A stretch of 64,000 bases of DNA, from positions 53,568,001-53,632,000 of the forward strand of contig NC_043005.1 in NCBI RefSeq assembly GCF_006345805.1. The letters are read 5' to 3'. A program made the translations under genes and the position numbers. This DNA comes from Octopus sinensis. Its lineage: Eukaryota. Positions 27,166 through 40,050 of the stretch are shown here, piece by piece; position 1 is the first letter of the stretch, and the number at the start of each line of letters is the position of its first letter. The notes under the pieces were generated by a model. That model saw nothing but the letters and a program-made list of their open reading frames with translations. It did not search any database and was not told the DNA's origin.

Positions 27166-27924
27166 CAATTCGAGGTTTTTATTCAAATCTTTGTCAATAT
27201 TGATTTCAAATGTTGACTGAAGGCCGGCGATTTGGGGGAGGGGATGAGTCGATTACATTGACACCAGTGTTTAACTGGTACTTATTTTTATCGATGAAAG
27301 GCTAAGTCAACCTCCACAGAAGAAACGCCTCTAAAGATCCTGCCAGCTGCTCGTTGGTTTTATTCACCCGGTTATATTATATGTTACTGATATGAGGCTG
27401 GCTTAAGGTGGCGAGCTGGAAGAATCGTAAACGCAAAATGTTTAGTGGAATTTCATTTGTCTAAACGTTCTGAGTTCAAATACTAGAGGAGTCGATTTTT
27501 GCCTTTTGGAATTACTAAAGTACCAGCTAAATACTGGGGTAGATACACGTTTTTTTAGTAAGTTATAAAAAGAACGAATTTGGCTCATTGTCTTAATTCA
27601 GTTAAAATGATTTCATCAATCAGCCTGTTGGTTGGGATTCATTTTACTTTTATGCGTTTATATAATTCCTTATCACTTAGAATATGTGGCTTCCTATTTA
27701 TTGATGATTAAAGGATTTCAGTGAGTTTATAATTAGAAAGCCTTTCTTTCATTTCTTTCTATATGCACACTAAACTATTTTTTGCCGTTTTCTGTTAAAG
27801 TATTCCGCTGCAAGTACACGAGCATTAACAGTTTTCGTGCCTTGGTTTGTCTGTTTAAACAGGTATATCTGTTTAAACATAAATAATATCTTAGCTTCTG
27901 TATTAAATTTAAAAGGGTAAAGAA

Positions 27925-28215
27925 GGATAAAGACCCCCTTCGGTCACAAATGACCATGGGATTTCACCTAGAAAGTCCCCATCTTGCGCACAAGTTGTTT
28001 GTGGAAGACCAGCAGTCGCCCATACATACCAGTCTCCCAACTCCACAACACTGATGCTGTCCAATGGAAAGGCAAAGGCCGATACAGCTTGGTAGCAGTG
28101 ACGTTGCAACTCGTTTCTACATCTGAGTAACTGGAACGATGTGAAATAAAGTCAGGGAATCGAACTCATTACCTCATGATTGCGAGCCTGACACTATAAC
28201 CACTGAGCCAGAAGG
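27925..28215 (-). mobile_element. SINE type D
   Basis: Matches 47561-47900 in reverse complement. Confidence 0.82.
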
Positions 28216-28315
28216 TCTCGAAGTAAATTCGTTATTTTCATTATATATATGTGTGTGTATGTGTGTGTGTGTGTGCGTGTGTGGGTGTATACATATATAT
28301 ATATATATATGTATG

Positions 28316-28590
<275 letters not shown>

Positions 28591-29618
28591 CAGACACACA
28601 TATGTATGTGTGAGTTTGTGTGTGTGTCTGTTTGTATATAAGTACATTTGTTGTACCACAAACACAGCTGAACCAAAGTCTTGTGATAGTAAAATAATAA
28701 GATGGAAACTATATGGTACCCTTGATGTCGTTAGGAGAACCCATTGTATTTTAAGAGCGGTGCATTTGATCTGCCACCCATATTAACTCATTCGGGTGGA
28801 CTTATAGTGCCGTTGGCGGTGTGCGATGCGTCAGAAAAATTTGTGTCATGTCTTTGGCTCTAGACGTAACTTCATCCCTTCCTCATATTAGTCTTTAAAA
28901 CACAGAAAAATATTTACGAGGTCGACATCCCCACCCTAATAAATAAAAAGAAATGGTTATGCATGGATATCTTTTCCGAAATCTTTCAACAGGTTCCACT
29001 GTTCATGAGAAGTGAAACGACCTCTTGTATTCGGAGTGGTTACACCACGTCAACTTTTTGATTATTTTCATAACCACCAATATGTGTGAGAAATTGTATT
29101 GCTTTAGTGCCAAAATATTTCTGTTGCGTTTAGGCTTTTTCACATATCTGTATTTTTGTGTATGAAAGAGACAGAGAAACACAGAGAAAGAAAGAGAGAG
29201 AGAGAGAAAGGGAAGGAGAGAAAGAGGTAGAGAGATTCTATGCATGTGTGTTTAAATATCATTATGTTTATGTACGATTGAGGTTTTAGAGTAACCAGTT
29301 ATTTTCTTAGTATATCACATTTTGAGTACATCTGTGTCGCATAATGAACATAAAAATGAATATCAAGATTATTTTCGAAATAAATAAAAATCAACTGTTT
29401 GGAACTTTAGAAAAAATATGTTAATTTTCTTTGATATGAAAAACAAGAAATACCTGATATAATATTAGCGTCACCTCAATGTGAAGCTTGGTGAGAAGAA
29501 TAATGATAACAGTGCTTAGTATCTTTTACGACTCATATTCGACAATTTTACTCTGGCTTCATAGTTCTTCACAACGTACAACTACTACACGGTGTCCTTA
29601 AATTACCTTAAATTAAAA

Positions 29619-29848
29619 GGCGGCGAGCTGGCAGAAACGTTAGCACGCCGGGCGAAATGCTTAGCGGTATTTCGTCTGCGTTACGTTGTGAGTTCAAATT
29701 CCGCCGAGGTCGACTTTGCCTTTCATCCTTTCGGGGTCGATAAATTAAGTACCAGTTACGCACTTTTGTTTATGTAATCGACTTAATACCTATGTCTGTC
29801 CTTGTTTGTCCCCTCTGTGTTTAGCCCCTTGTGGGTAATAAAGAAATA
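29619..29848 (+). mobile_element. SINE type A monomer, probably young, 19-bp TSD
   Basis: GGTGTCCTTAAATTACCTT at 29591-29609 and 29849-29867. Confidence 0.95.
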
Positions 29849-30203
29849 GGTGTCCTTAAATTACCTTTATAATTTGAAAAATTCAAATAGAAATTAAAAA
29901 TAAGGGTAACTCAGCAGAGTTTACTGGAAAACAGTCAAGCAAATAACGTTTTACTGGAAACATCAGAACATTGCCCCCTGGGCTCGTCTTATTGCACATA
30001 ATACATCTTGAGGATAAATTGTGGAAGTCGTAAAGGTAATTTATAGGAAAATTCCTAGTAGATAAGTCTGGAATGTGCTGACTGTAAGATAAACAGCGTC
30101 TGTCACAACCCTAGTGAACAGTATTGATCCTTGAGTCACTAACTCCACACACACACACACACACACACACACATGCCACACCTACACACGCATGCACCCC
30201 TGC

Positions 30204-30263
<60 letters not shown>

Positions 30264-30468
30264 GTGTGTGTGTATGTATATATATATATATATATAGATA
30301 AATAGATGCGTGTATTTTCCCTTGTTTTCAGTTAACACGGAAAAAATAGATAAATAGTTACCAAGGTAGCAAAAAATCACACCAGTAAAAAAGCGAAATT
30401 CCTTGTTTTTAAAGGTAGAAAATCCGGGTTTACGTGAAATATTTTGTATAATATAAATAAATAAATAA

Positions 30469-30651
30469 ATAAATGGAGTTAAACGCAGTTGTAATTCAAA
30501 TTGTTTTACTTTCGACACATGTTTCGAAGATATCATTGGTATTATTCCAAATGAATAAAATTGTGTAAAACAATGTAATCTTCTCTTCAGGGAAATGAAG
30601 AAATATACCGTCGGAGGTAAAAGAATTTGAATTGCACCTGCGTTTAACTCC

Positions 30652-30657
<6 letters not shown>
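30469..30657. mobile_element. Mini-element with 48-bp inverted arms enclosing a hammerhead-like motif
   Basis: Arms 30469-30516 and 30610-30657 are inverted with about 6 mismatches. Confidence 0.8.
30509..30595 (-). ncRNA. Type I hammerhead ribozyme candidate, core intact
   Basis: Minus strand TTTCC-CTGAAGA-GAAGAT..ATCTTC-GAAAC-ATGT-GTC-GAAAG; 6-bp stem II, GUC cleavage triplet, one stem I mismatch. Confidence 0.55.
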
Positions 30658-30683
<26 letters not shown>

Positions 30684-30687
<4 letters not shown>

Positions 30688-31205
30688 TAGCTTAAGGTGA
30701 CCCGCTCTACGCGCGGGTTTGGGTTTGGTTGTTACTTTCTGTTGCTTCCTTTCTGTTTCTTATCGCCACATTCTCCCTCTTTGTTTCTCTCTCCTTTCTC
30801 TCTCACTTTCCCACTCTCTTACTCTTCCTTTCTCTCGGACTTTTCCTCGCTTTCTTTTTCTCTCAATCTTTCTCTATCTCCCTCTCCCATTTATAAAAAA
30901 AACAAAAGACCTTGAGTAAGTTGAGAAAGGAAATATTTTGAAAGATCAATCATAAATAAAGGATTTCTTTGTTAAATTTAGTACTTATTTTGGGAATTTA
31001 TCGACGATTGGCCATGCAAATGAAAGCTCCAAACACGGGCTACATGCAGCTGTAACTTTCTTTCAGAAAAAATTAAAACTGTAAACAATAAAAAATAAAA
31101 GGTAAAAATACGTAAAAATACGTAAAAAAGCGTTCCCATCCCAAAATGAGACAAATAACCAAGAAATCAAACAACATTTTCGCATTTCACCTTTATAGAT
31201 AGTGA
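30684..31205 (+). mobile_element. Helentron/DINE-like element
   Basis: Starts ACTAGC..GACCCGCTCTACGCGCGGG, CT-rich interior, ends CTTTATAGATAG. Confidence 0.5.
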
Positions 31206-31667
31206 TTACCGTCACTAATGTTTAGGGATTGATGATAATATATTTAGATTGATTAGTGGGAACGTTTAAACTTTTGCGGGTGTCAACGCTTTCTCTCTAT
31301 ATAGATACAGACAGACGTACAGTGAGAGAGGTGGTGGGAGAAAGCGTGACAGAGAGACGAAGCTGTCAAACGTCGTTATAGAGAGAAAGGGGAGAGAAGG
31401 AAGGAAAGAGAGAGACGGAGGAAGAGAGGGTGATATGCGAAAGAGAGAAAGGACAAACACTTGTCAAAGTGTGGGTATTGTTGTCCTAGAAACCATAGAT
31501 TTTGAGATAGGGGTTTCTACCATAGTCCGCTCAATTCCTCGACTCTTTTTACATGTCCATGTAAATTTTGGAGTCAATCCGACCCCATCTAGTGCCCCTT
31601 AACCCGTTCCAATCCGAAAATGAAACAAACCTTTTGCATTTCAGCTTTATATATATAATATATATAT

Positions 31668-31703
<36 letters not shown>

Positions 31704-31744
31704 TATATGTATATACATATATATATATAGATAGATATATAGAT

Positions 31745-32250
31745 ATTCGAGATTGGGGTTTTCCACTGCAAAGACTGAGCCTTTGTTTCGGGGTCATTGC
31801 CATAGACCCACGATACATTGCCCGTTATGACCGGTTTCAAAACGTTTTCATCGTTCTTAACACAAGCAAGATCTTGTGCAATTGTAACCCAGTGTCTTTT
31901 TGGTCAGCTGAAAGCAGTTTTGGCACAAATTTGGTAGACATGATTCTTATACTCAAATCTCCAGTGATAATCGACTGAACTAATCTACACACCTTCTGAT
32001 GACTCACGAATAGTGATTCGAAGAATCCCCCTCACAGCTGCACGCATATCCGTGATGTTTTCCTCAATTATTCTGGTTGCGGCCTCCCTGTACGTCGATA
32101 TTGACTCGATTTATATCGATATTTTTTTCGGCTACCTTGGAAACGTCTAAACCACTCGTACTCTTTTGCGAACCTTATACCCTCCTCTCCATATACTTTC
32201 TGTAACATTTCGTAGGATTCTGGGCAGTTATTGCTATGACAACTTTCTCT
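31745..32250 (-). pseudogene. mariner transposase N-terminal half, frameshifted (not in ORF track)
   Basis: Manual translation ESYEMLQKVYGEE..YEWFRRF..RTGRP..ITIRE..KFVPKLL..VITGNVSWVYGNDPETKAQS (WVP-like and first catalytic D regions, mutated). Confidence 0.88.
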
Positions 32251-33059
32251 GTTATAGTCAATGCCACGATCACATGATTATAAAAGTCACCCAGCTACTA
32301 TGACCACTAATACTACAGTTAGTTACTCATCCCCTCTTACTTCTAACATCATTTGCCTCAATATTTCATACTTAGAACATCCACTACTAAGACATTCAAC
32401 ATCATAACTAAAACTATTTAACAAACTCTTGCTGACTAAATGTCAGAACAAGCAACATAATTATTGCAAACATAATTCTTTCTGCTATAGCTGCAAGGCC
32501 TGAAATTGTATGTGAGGTTCAGTTTCGATAGTCGACTAAATCGGTTCCAGTGCTCTACTCGAATGTGTTTCGTCGCTTCCGAAATGATGAATGGCAAACT
32601 CAACCAAAACCTACGACCATCATTAATTATTTCTAACAAAGGCAGTTGGGCACATAAACATGAGAACAAGACTATAATGGATGTGATCAACTAAATCTAT
32701 TGATTGGTACTTTTTGTTAACACTAGAAGGACGGAAAGTAAAAATTGAACTGAGAACATAAAGAGGCGTAACAAGTATTGCAAGGCGCATTGATCCTTAT
32801 TACATTTAATACCACAAATAACACTAACATATACAGAGGGTACATCAACGGAATAACTCTATTTGCTGGAAATACTAAGTAAATCTCACTGAAGTCTCAC
32901 CCTATATTTAGAAGGAAAGACGTCTTTAAATTGCACAACCCTGAATGCAATCCATCTTTAAAAATCGACATGGGCATGGGGTGCCTTTGATATAAATTTG
33001 TTCGGTTGTAGATGAAATAAGGCTAATAAAAACAGTTACAACAAGAATAAGTGATGCAG

Positions 33060-33390
33060 CCTCTACGCGTTGCTTGGCTTGCTATAGCTGGGCACTCCGT
33101 CGGTTACGATGGCGTGCGTTCCAGTTGATTCGATTAATAGAACAGTCTGCATGTACAGTTAACGTGAACGTGGTTGAGCACTCCATAGGTACGCGTCATT
33201 GTTGGGGAGCTTCAGCATAACACACAGAATGTGTCAAGGTTAGCCCTTTGAATTACAGGTTCGACTTATTTTTGCCAGCTGGAGATTGGAGCAACCTGAT
33301 ATAAAATGTCTTGCTCAAGGACACAATGTGCCACTCTAAATCAAATTCATGACCTTACGATCGTGAACTGAACACCCCAACCACGAGCCT
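33060..33390 (-). mobile_element. Chimeric SINE: type D-like head with type C tail
   Basis: Head TGTGTCCTTGAGCAAGACA, tail ACCGACGGAGTGCC as in 15976-16355. Confidence 0.7.
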
Positions 33391-33889
33391 TCACTGACTT
33401 GCCATAGATAACAGCCAAATTTTGCTCAAGAGAAATCCTTTTGTCTTACAAACGAAGAAAGACCCATTTGATATTGCATTCTTAAATAAACGTATCACAC
33501 TGAAAAGTAAACTATAGTAGGATTTCGGGTGGAATATCTTTAATCTAGATCAACACGGTCAGAGCTGAAGGACAGAAGTAAACAACAGCAAGAAAAACAG
33601 CGTCAGCAAATGAAAAGCGTCTATATGGTCCTTCGACCAATTAAAAAACAAATTTTTTAAAAACCTTCAAATAACCCTCAAACCACACCGTAGAAGCCTA
33701 TAAACGGAGACACTATTTCGGGCAGTCCTCCTAGAAAACCACTTCCTGAAAAATAAGAGAACAGTTGATCACGGTTTGAATCTCAACTCTATCAGAGGTG
33801 CGTAGAGCTTAATTAACAAGAGGAACAAAGACAATACAGTCACGATTAAGTGAAATTGGTCGGGTGTCTATAACCATGTCACAGTAAGT

Positions 33890-33950
<61 letters not shown>

Positions 33951-34673
33951 CAATAATGACTTTTTAATGGACTGAAGATGTTTAAATCCTGAGTTATATA
34001 ATTCTTTATTAGGTGTCCTGTGACACAGAAAACTGTTTAACTTTGCGTTGTTGATTGTAATCTATTGATCAAAAGTATCTGGGGGAAATGCAAACAGACG
34101 AAGACAGAACTGTCAGCTACATTGTTCGGTGTTCAGAATTTACAATAGAAACTTTCCCTTATTTTAAATTCCAACTGTCTACTGCCGAGAGATGACCACT
34201 CAATTCCCATGTCGTTGTTTCAATAGAATCTTCTTCCTTGCTGATCTTCGCCAACATTAAGGAGACATTATAGACTTCTGGAACACATAAGCCGTCTGTG
34301 TTTGACAGCTCTCTTACTCTCAGTGTATCTCTTCCAATTTCTGCTTCCTTGCTCTACCCCATCGTCCTCACCCACCTCATCTGTTCGTCATTCCTTCCCT
34401 CATCCTTTACCTCCTCTCTTCTCTCTGCCCATCGCTTTCTCTATCTCTCTCGTTCTCTCTCTCTCTCTCTCACACATACACACAAACACACACACACACA
34501 CAAACACACACACACTAAAAATTCTTACTGTTTCACAGAGGAGTACGAATGTTTGAGCAGGGATTTTACTTCCACCTAATGTCATACGTACATATATATA
34601 TAATATATATGTACACATACATATACACAGATTTATGTATATATATATATATTTAATATATACATAGATACAG

Positions 34674-34719
<46 letters not shown>

Positions 34720-35054
34720 ATACATATATATACATACATATATGCACTATATAAACACATGCATTTTACAAATAATGGATATGTAGTATGTGTGTGTGTA
34801 GACATTCATTAGTGTGTGCATGTCTGTAAACTTATGCACAAATAATGTATGTATGTATGTATGTATGTATTTATGTATGTATGCATATATGTATTACTGT
34901 AAAGAAAGAATCTCATTAGGAAGTTGGCAACTTTTGTTTCTGTGTTTTGCTTTCCTCCTAATGTCGATAGTAGTAACGATGTTGATAGAGTGTCAGGTTT
35001 AAAGATTTATAATTGATAAAGTATTCACTCTGGCACTTTTAATAGTAATGACGA

Positions 35055-35128
<74 letters not shown>

Positions 35129-35394
35129 TAGTAGTAGTAGTAGTAGTAGTAGTGCTGCTGGTGCTGGTAGTGGTGGTGGGGAATATTCAGTGGCGGCAAT
35201 TATAATATTGTATGAAGTTGCCACAATTCGCATGGCGTTGGTTTTCGCTTTGACATGTATAGTAATTCTGGACGTACTTGCAATGCTGTATTTTGTTATT
35301 GTAGTTGTTTTGATCGCCAGACAGGGAAAAGACTGAGCAGGCACGTAATGAAAGGTGCTTCCTCTATGGCTATTCCACACTTTCTCTAAGTATT

Positions 35395-35818
35395 AGTTTC
35401 AAATTTTGACTCTTTACTACATCACAAGGGGCTAAACACAAAGAGGGCGAACAAGGACGGACAAACGGATTAAGTCGATTATATCGACCACAGTGCGCAA
35501 CTGGTACTTATTTAATCGACCCCGAATGGATGTAAGGCAAAGTCGACCTCGGCGGAATATGAACTTAGAACGTAGTGGCAGACGAAATACCTATTTCTTT
35601 ATTACCCAAAAGGGGCTAAACATAGAAGGAACAAACAAGGACAGACATAGGTATTAAGTCGATTACATCGACCCCAGTACGTAGCTGGTACTTAATTTAT
35701 CGACCCCGAAAGGATGAAAGGCAAAGTCGACCTCGGCGGAATTTGAACAACGTAACGCAGACGAAATACCGCTAAGCATCTCGCCCGCCGTGCTAACGTT
35801 TCTGCCACCTCGCCGCCT
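35395..35818 (-). mobile_element. SINE type A dimer with 13-bp TSD
   Basis: TTCTCTAAGTATT at 35382-35394 and 35824-35836; same internal junction as 18655-19076. Confidence 0.9.
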
Positions 35819-35910
35819 TATACTTCTCTAAGTATTGACTATCTAAATAGATCATGTGATCACATACGGAATTCTTCATTTCTTGTCGTTATTGTTTTCG
35901 CGTATGTCTT

Positions 35911-36124
35911 AAGCGCAGACGTAGCTGTGTGGGAAGACGCTTGCTTCCTAACCACATAGTTCTGGGTTCAGTCCCACCGTATGGCACCTTGGGTAAGTAT
36001 ATTCTACTATAGCCTAGCAGTAATCAAAGCTTTGCGTGTGGATTTGGTTGATGGAAAACTGAAAGACATCCGTCGTATATATCGTGTGTGTGTGTTTGTG
36101 TGTGTGTGTGCGTGTGTGTGCGTG

Positions 36125-36160
<36 letters not shown>

Positions 36161-36610
36161 TGTGTGCTTGTGTGTGTGCGAGTGCGTGTGTTTCCTGTCA
36201 AGGAGATCTTCTGATGTAATAATTACTCAACGGAGGTGCCCAGCTAGTTACTCATCAGGCCGAAGATGTATGTATCTATGTATGTATGTATGTATGTATG
36301 CATGCATGCATGTATGTATGTATGTGTGTATGTGTGTGTGTGTGTATGTATGTATGTATAAATATATAAACAGATAAATATACATGTCCGTGTGCATGTG
36401 TGTGTCTGTGTGTCTTTGCGTCTGTGTTTGTTCCCATCACCGCTTGGCAACTGGTATTGGTTTGTTAACGTCCCCGGAACATAGCAGTTCGGCAAAAGCG
36501 ACCGATAAGATACGTACCAGAGTTTTAAAAAAGTACTGGGATTGATTCGTTGGACTAAAAGTTAATCAAGCCAGTACCCCAGTATGGCCGCAATCTAATA
36601 AATAAAACAG
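35911..36610 (+). mobile_element. SINE type B with expanded internal microsatellite
   Basis: Head and tail match 5553-5926. Confidence 0.82.
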
Positions 36611-36833
36611 GAAAAAGATAAAAATAATTTAATAAGTGTTCCGACCGTGCCCATCGTATTATTTTATTTATCTACTTAATTATTTTCGTCCGGTAAAAAG
36701 TGTTCGTAGTAATACATTATTTATCTTATCCATTATGTTTTAAGGTTACTATTATTACGGAGATGTACTTGCATAGCAAGTGACTTGATCTGGGATCGTG
36801 TCCTAAAACAAAAACAATTGCAGCGTGGAAGAT

Positions 36834-37067
36834 GTTTGCAAGCCATTCAAGAACACACAAAAACCGTTATTTTCACTCCTACGTTGAAATTTCATTTGTG
36901 TCAAAATATTTTCCTTAATCTGTTCACTGACTAAAGTTCGTGTTGCTCGAAGTTTTATCAGTGAACGGGTCACGGTTTCAAAGCGACGAAAATATTTTGA
37001 CACAAATGAACTTTAAATGTTGAAGTGAAACTAACGGTTTCTGTGTGTTTTTGAATGGCTTACAAAC
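36834..37067. repeat. Palindromic MITE-like element
   Basis: 80-bp inverted arms 36834-36913 and 36988-37067, plus inner stem GTTCACTGA/TCAGTGAAC. Confidence 0.85.
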
Positions 37068-37219
37068 AAGATTATTATTGCTTGAAGAAAATGTGGACCA
37101 ATTGTAACAGCCTTAGAGAAATTGCTGTGTGATATTTGGTCAGCCTCGCTATTATCTGGTTTCAAATCTGGTTGAGGTCAATCAGAACGCTAGATATGTA
37201 GCATCTCTTTCAACTGCAG

Positions 37220-37306
37220 CGTCCTGAAACTTATGCTTACAATGAAACTTGGTGCCAAGATGTACTGGCCCAAGTTGGCCGCCATTACTTTGGACAGAAA
37301 TTGACG
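37220..37306 (+). CDS. Candidate exon RPETYAYNETWCQDVLAQVGRHYFGQKLT
   Basis: Acceptor TCTCTTTCAACTGCAG|, donor ACG|GTGAGG, 87 bp phase 0-0; partly duplicated at about 37642-37720. Confidence 0.25.
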
Positions 37307-38593
37307 GTGAGGAAAGAGGGGATTTGCATGCAAGGGTAACTGCTAGACTTGTCCCCAAAATGTTCCCATGCCCGCACATACATGTATAGATGCATATGCT
37401 TATTGTTTTTCTTTTACTTGTTTCAGCCATTGGGTTGTGGTCATTCTGGAGCATCACCTAGAAACATTTTTGCTCAATCATATAGACTCCAATATTTATT
37501 TGAACTCACTTTATTTGTCTCTTATTGTTGAACCGTTAAGTTACGGTAACACAAACTACCGTCTGATGTCAAGCAATAAGAGATAAATGTGAATCAGTAC
37601 TCCACAACATATTTTTCGCTTGCGGTTCACTTATATTCATTTCAAGATGTACTGGTCCAAGTTGGCACCCTTTCTTTGGACAAACATCGATGGCTAGAAA
37701 AGAGGGGATTTACATGCACTAAATATATAACTAAAAGTATAGCATCGTCTCGTGGCACACCAGTGTGCCGCAGCATACCACTTGCGAAGCACTGATATAA
37801 ATAGACACAAGCATGAACACATAGACCATAAGAATATATATAAATATACTTATACACACGTTCATGCACATATAAATGCACGCGCACACATGTGCGCACA
37901 CACACATACATACAAACACACAAACACACAAACAAGCATACAAATATACACATATACATAAATACAATCGCGCGTGCGCATACACTCATATATTTATCTA
38001 TTATCTATCTATAAATATATATACACACACACACAAGCACACACAAACATATATATACATATATATACATACATATATGCATATATATATATATATATAT
38101 GAAAAAATGTTTGAAAATGCAATTTAAACGATGTTTATTTACTTAACCGGTTTCACTCTTTGGTAAAAGATTGTCAAAAGTAACATTGAATATTATGGGT
38201 TCAAAAAAAAGTTTTTTACATAATTGTCACATTGAATATTATGAATTCAAAAATGTTTGTTTATACATAATTGTCACATTACATGTATAAATATAGTATA
38301 AAAAAGTTCAATAGTGTGATGAGAATATTTGGAAAAATTGGCAGAAAAGAATAAAACAAATATATTATTGGAAATTTGGTTGCGTTAATTATTGGTTGTC
38401 GCAAATTGTCACATTACATGTATATATATACAGTCTTTGGTAGAAAGGACATGTTAAAGACATAAGGAAGTGTAATAGTTTGGTGAGAAAGCTTGTAATA
38501 TTGACAGAGAAAATTAAAATGGATATTTTAGACATCTCAGAATATTTTGAATCGAAGGCGAGAATTTGTTTTTTACTGACCTGTTTGTTTTAG

Positions 38594-38684
38594 CAGAAAA
38601 GTTGAATTGAGAGAAAAAAAGATATGTACCCAGTTTCGTTTATACTTCCCCTTCAAGCATCAGTGATTTTGGGGTTATTGGGAG
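38594..38684 (+). other. Exon-like cassette in left arm (ATG 38624, MYPVSFILPLQASVILGLLG, phase-1 donor)
   Basis: TACTGAC..TTTGTTTTAG|CAG acceptor, in-frame TGA 21 nt before ATG, GAG|GTGAGT donor. Confidence 0.4.
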
Positions 38685-39398
38685 GTGAGTATGCGGGTGT
38701 GAATAGATGTGTCCGTGTGCCTGCTGGTCAGACAGCGTCTGTTTGTCACACACATATATACACACACACACAACAACAATACACACACACACATAGTATA
38801 CACACACACACCACATACACACAACACACACACACAGAACACACACACACACAAGGCACCCACATATATAATATATACACACAGCACATGTATATGTGGT
38901 ATATCTATGTATGTGTATGTAAACACTATTTATATGTATATATGTATATATGTATATGCATTGTCTATATATATTATATGTATGTATTGCGTATGTATAT
39001 TGCATGCATATATTGTGTATGTGTATTATATACATGCTGTGTATGTGTATTGTATGTGTATATATATGCTAGGTGTATTTGTGTGATATTTATATTATGT
39101 ATATATGTGTGCGTGTGTTGTGTGTGTGTGTGTGTTGTGTGTGTATGTGTTATATATGTGTGTATATTATATATAAATACATGTTATATTTGTGTGCTGT
39201 GTGTATATATTATATATGTGGGTGCGTTGTGTGTGTGTGTGTTCTGTGTGTGTGTGTGTTGTGTGTATGTGGTGTGTGTGTGTATACTATGTGTGTGTGT
39301 GTATTGTTGTTGTGTGTGTGTGTATATATGTGTGTGACAAACAGACGCAGTCTGACCAGCAGGCACACGGACACATCTATTCACACCCGCATACTCAC

Positions 39399-39489
39399 CT
39401 CCCAATAACCCCAAAATCACTGATGCATGAAGGGGAAGTATAAACCAAACTGGGTACATATCTTTTTTTCTCTCAATTCAACTTTTCTG
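39399..39489 (-). other. Mirror exon-like cassette in right arm (ATG 39459, MYPVWFILPLHASVILGLLG)
   Basis: Same splice signals; two amino-acid differences from the left copy. Confidence 0.4.
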
Positions 39490-40018
39490 CTAAAACAAAC
39501 AGGTCAGTAAAAAACAAATTCTCGCCTTCGATTCAAAATATTCTGAGATGTCTAAAATATCCATTTTAATTTTCTCTGTCAATATTACAAGCTTTCTCAC
39601 CAAACTATTACACTTCCTTATGTCTTAACATGTCCTTTCTACCAAAGACTGTATATATATACATGTAATGTGACAATTTGCGACAACCAATAATTAACGC
39701 AACCAAATTTCCAATAATATATTTGTTTTATTCTTTTCTGCCAATTTTTCCAAATATTCTCATCACACTATTGAACTTTTTTATACTATATTTATACATG
39801 TAATGTGACAATTATGTATAAAAAAACATTTTTGAATTCATAATATTCAATGTGACAATTATGTAAAAAACTTTTTTTTGAACCCATAATATTCAATGTT
39901 ACTTTTGACAATCTTTTACCAAAGAGTGAAACCGGTTAAGTAAATAAACATCGTTTAAATTGCATTTTCAAACCTTTTTTCATATATAATCCCACTCGTG
40001 CGATACCCCACAACTCAA

Positions 40019-40050
<32 letters not shown>

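Larger units (their letters stand above)
38094..39988. repeat. Long near-perfect inverted repeat: arms 38094-38888 and 39193-39988, 304-bp spacer
   Basis: Arms are reverse complements; about 7 differences counted by eye over about 795 bp. Confidence 0.97.

Noticed and set aside
36210-36260. CTGATG..CATCAG short inverted repeat with CTGATGA on minus
   Set aside because: No GAAA element at the right position; too short to call
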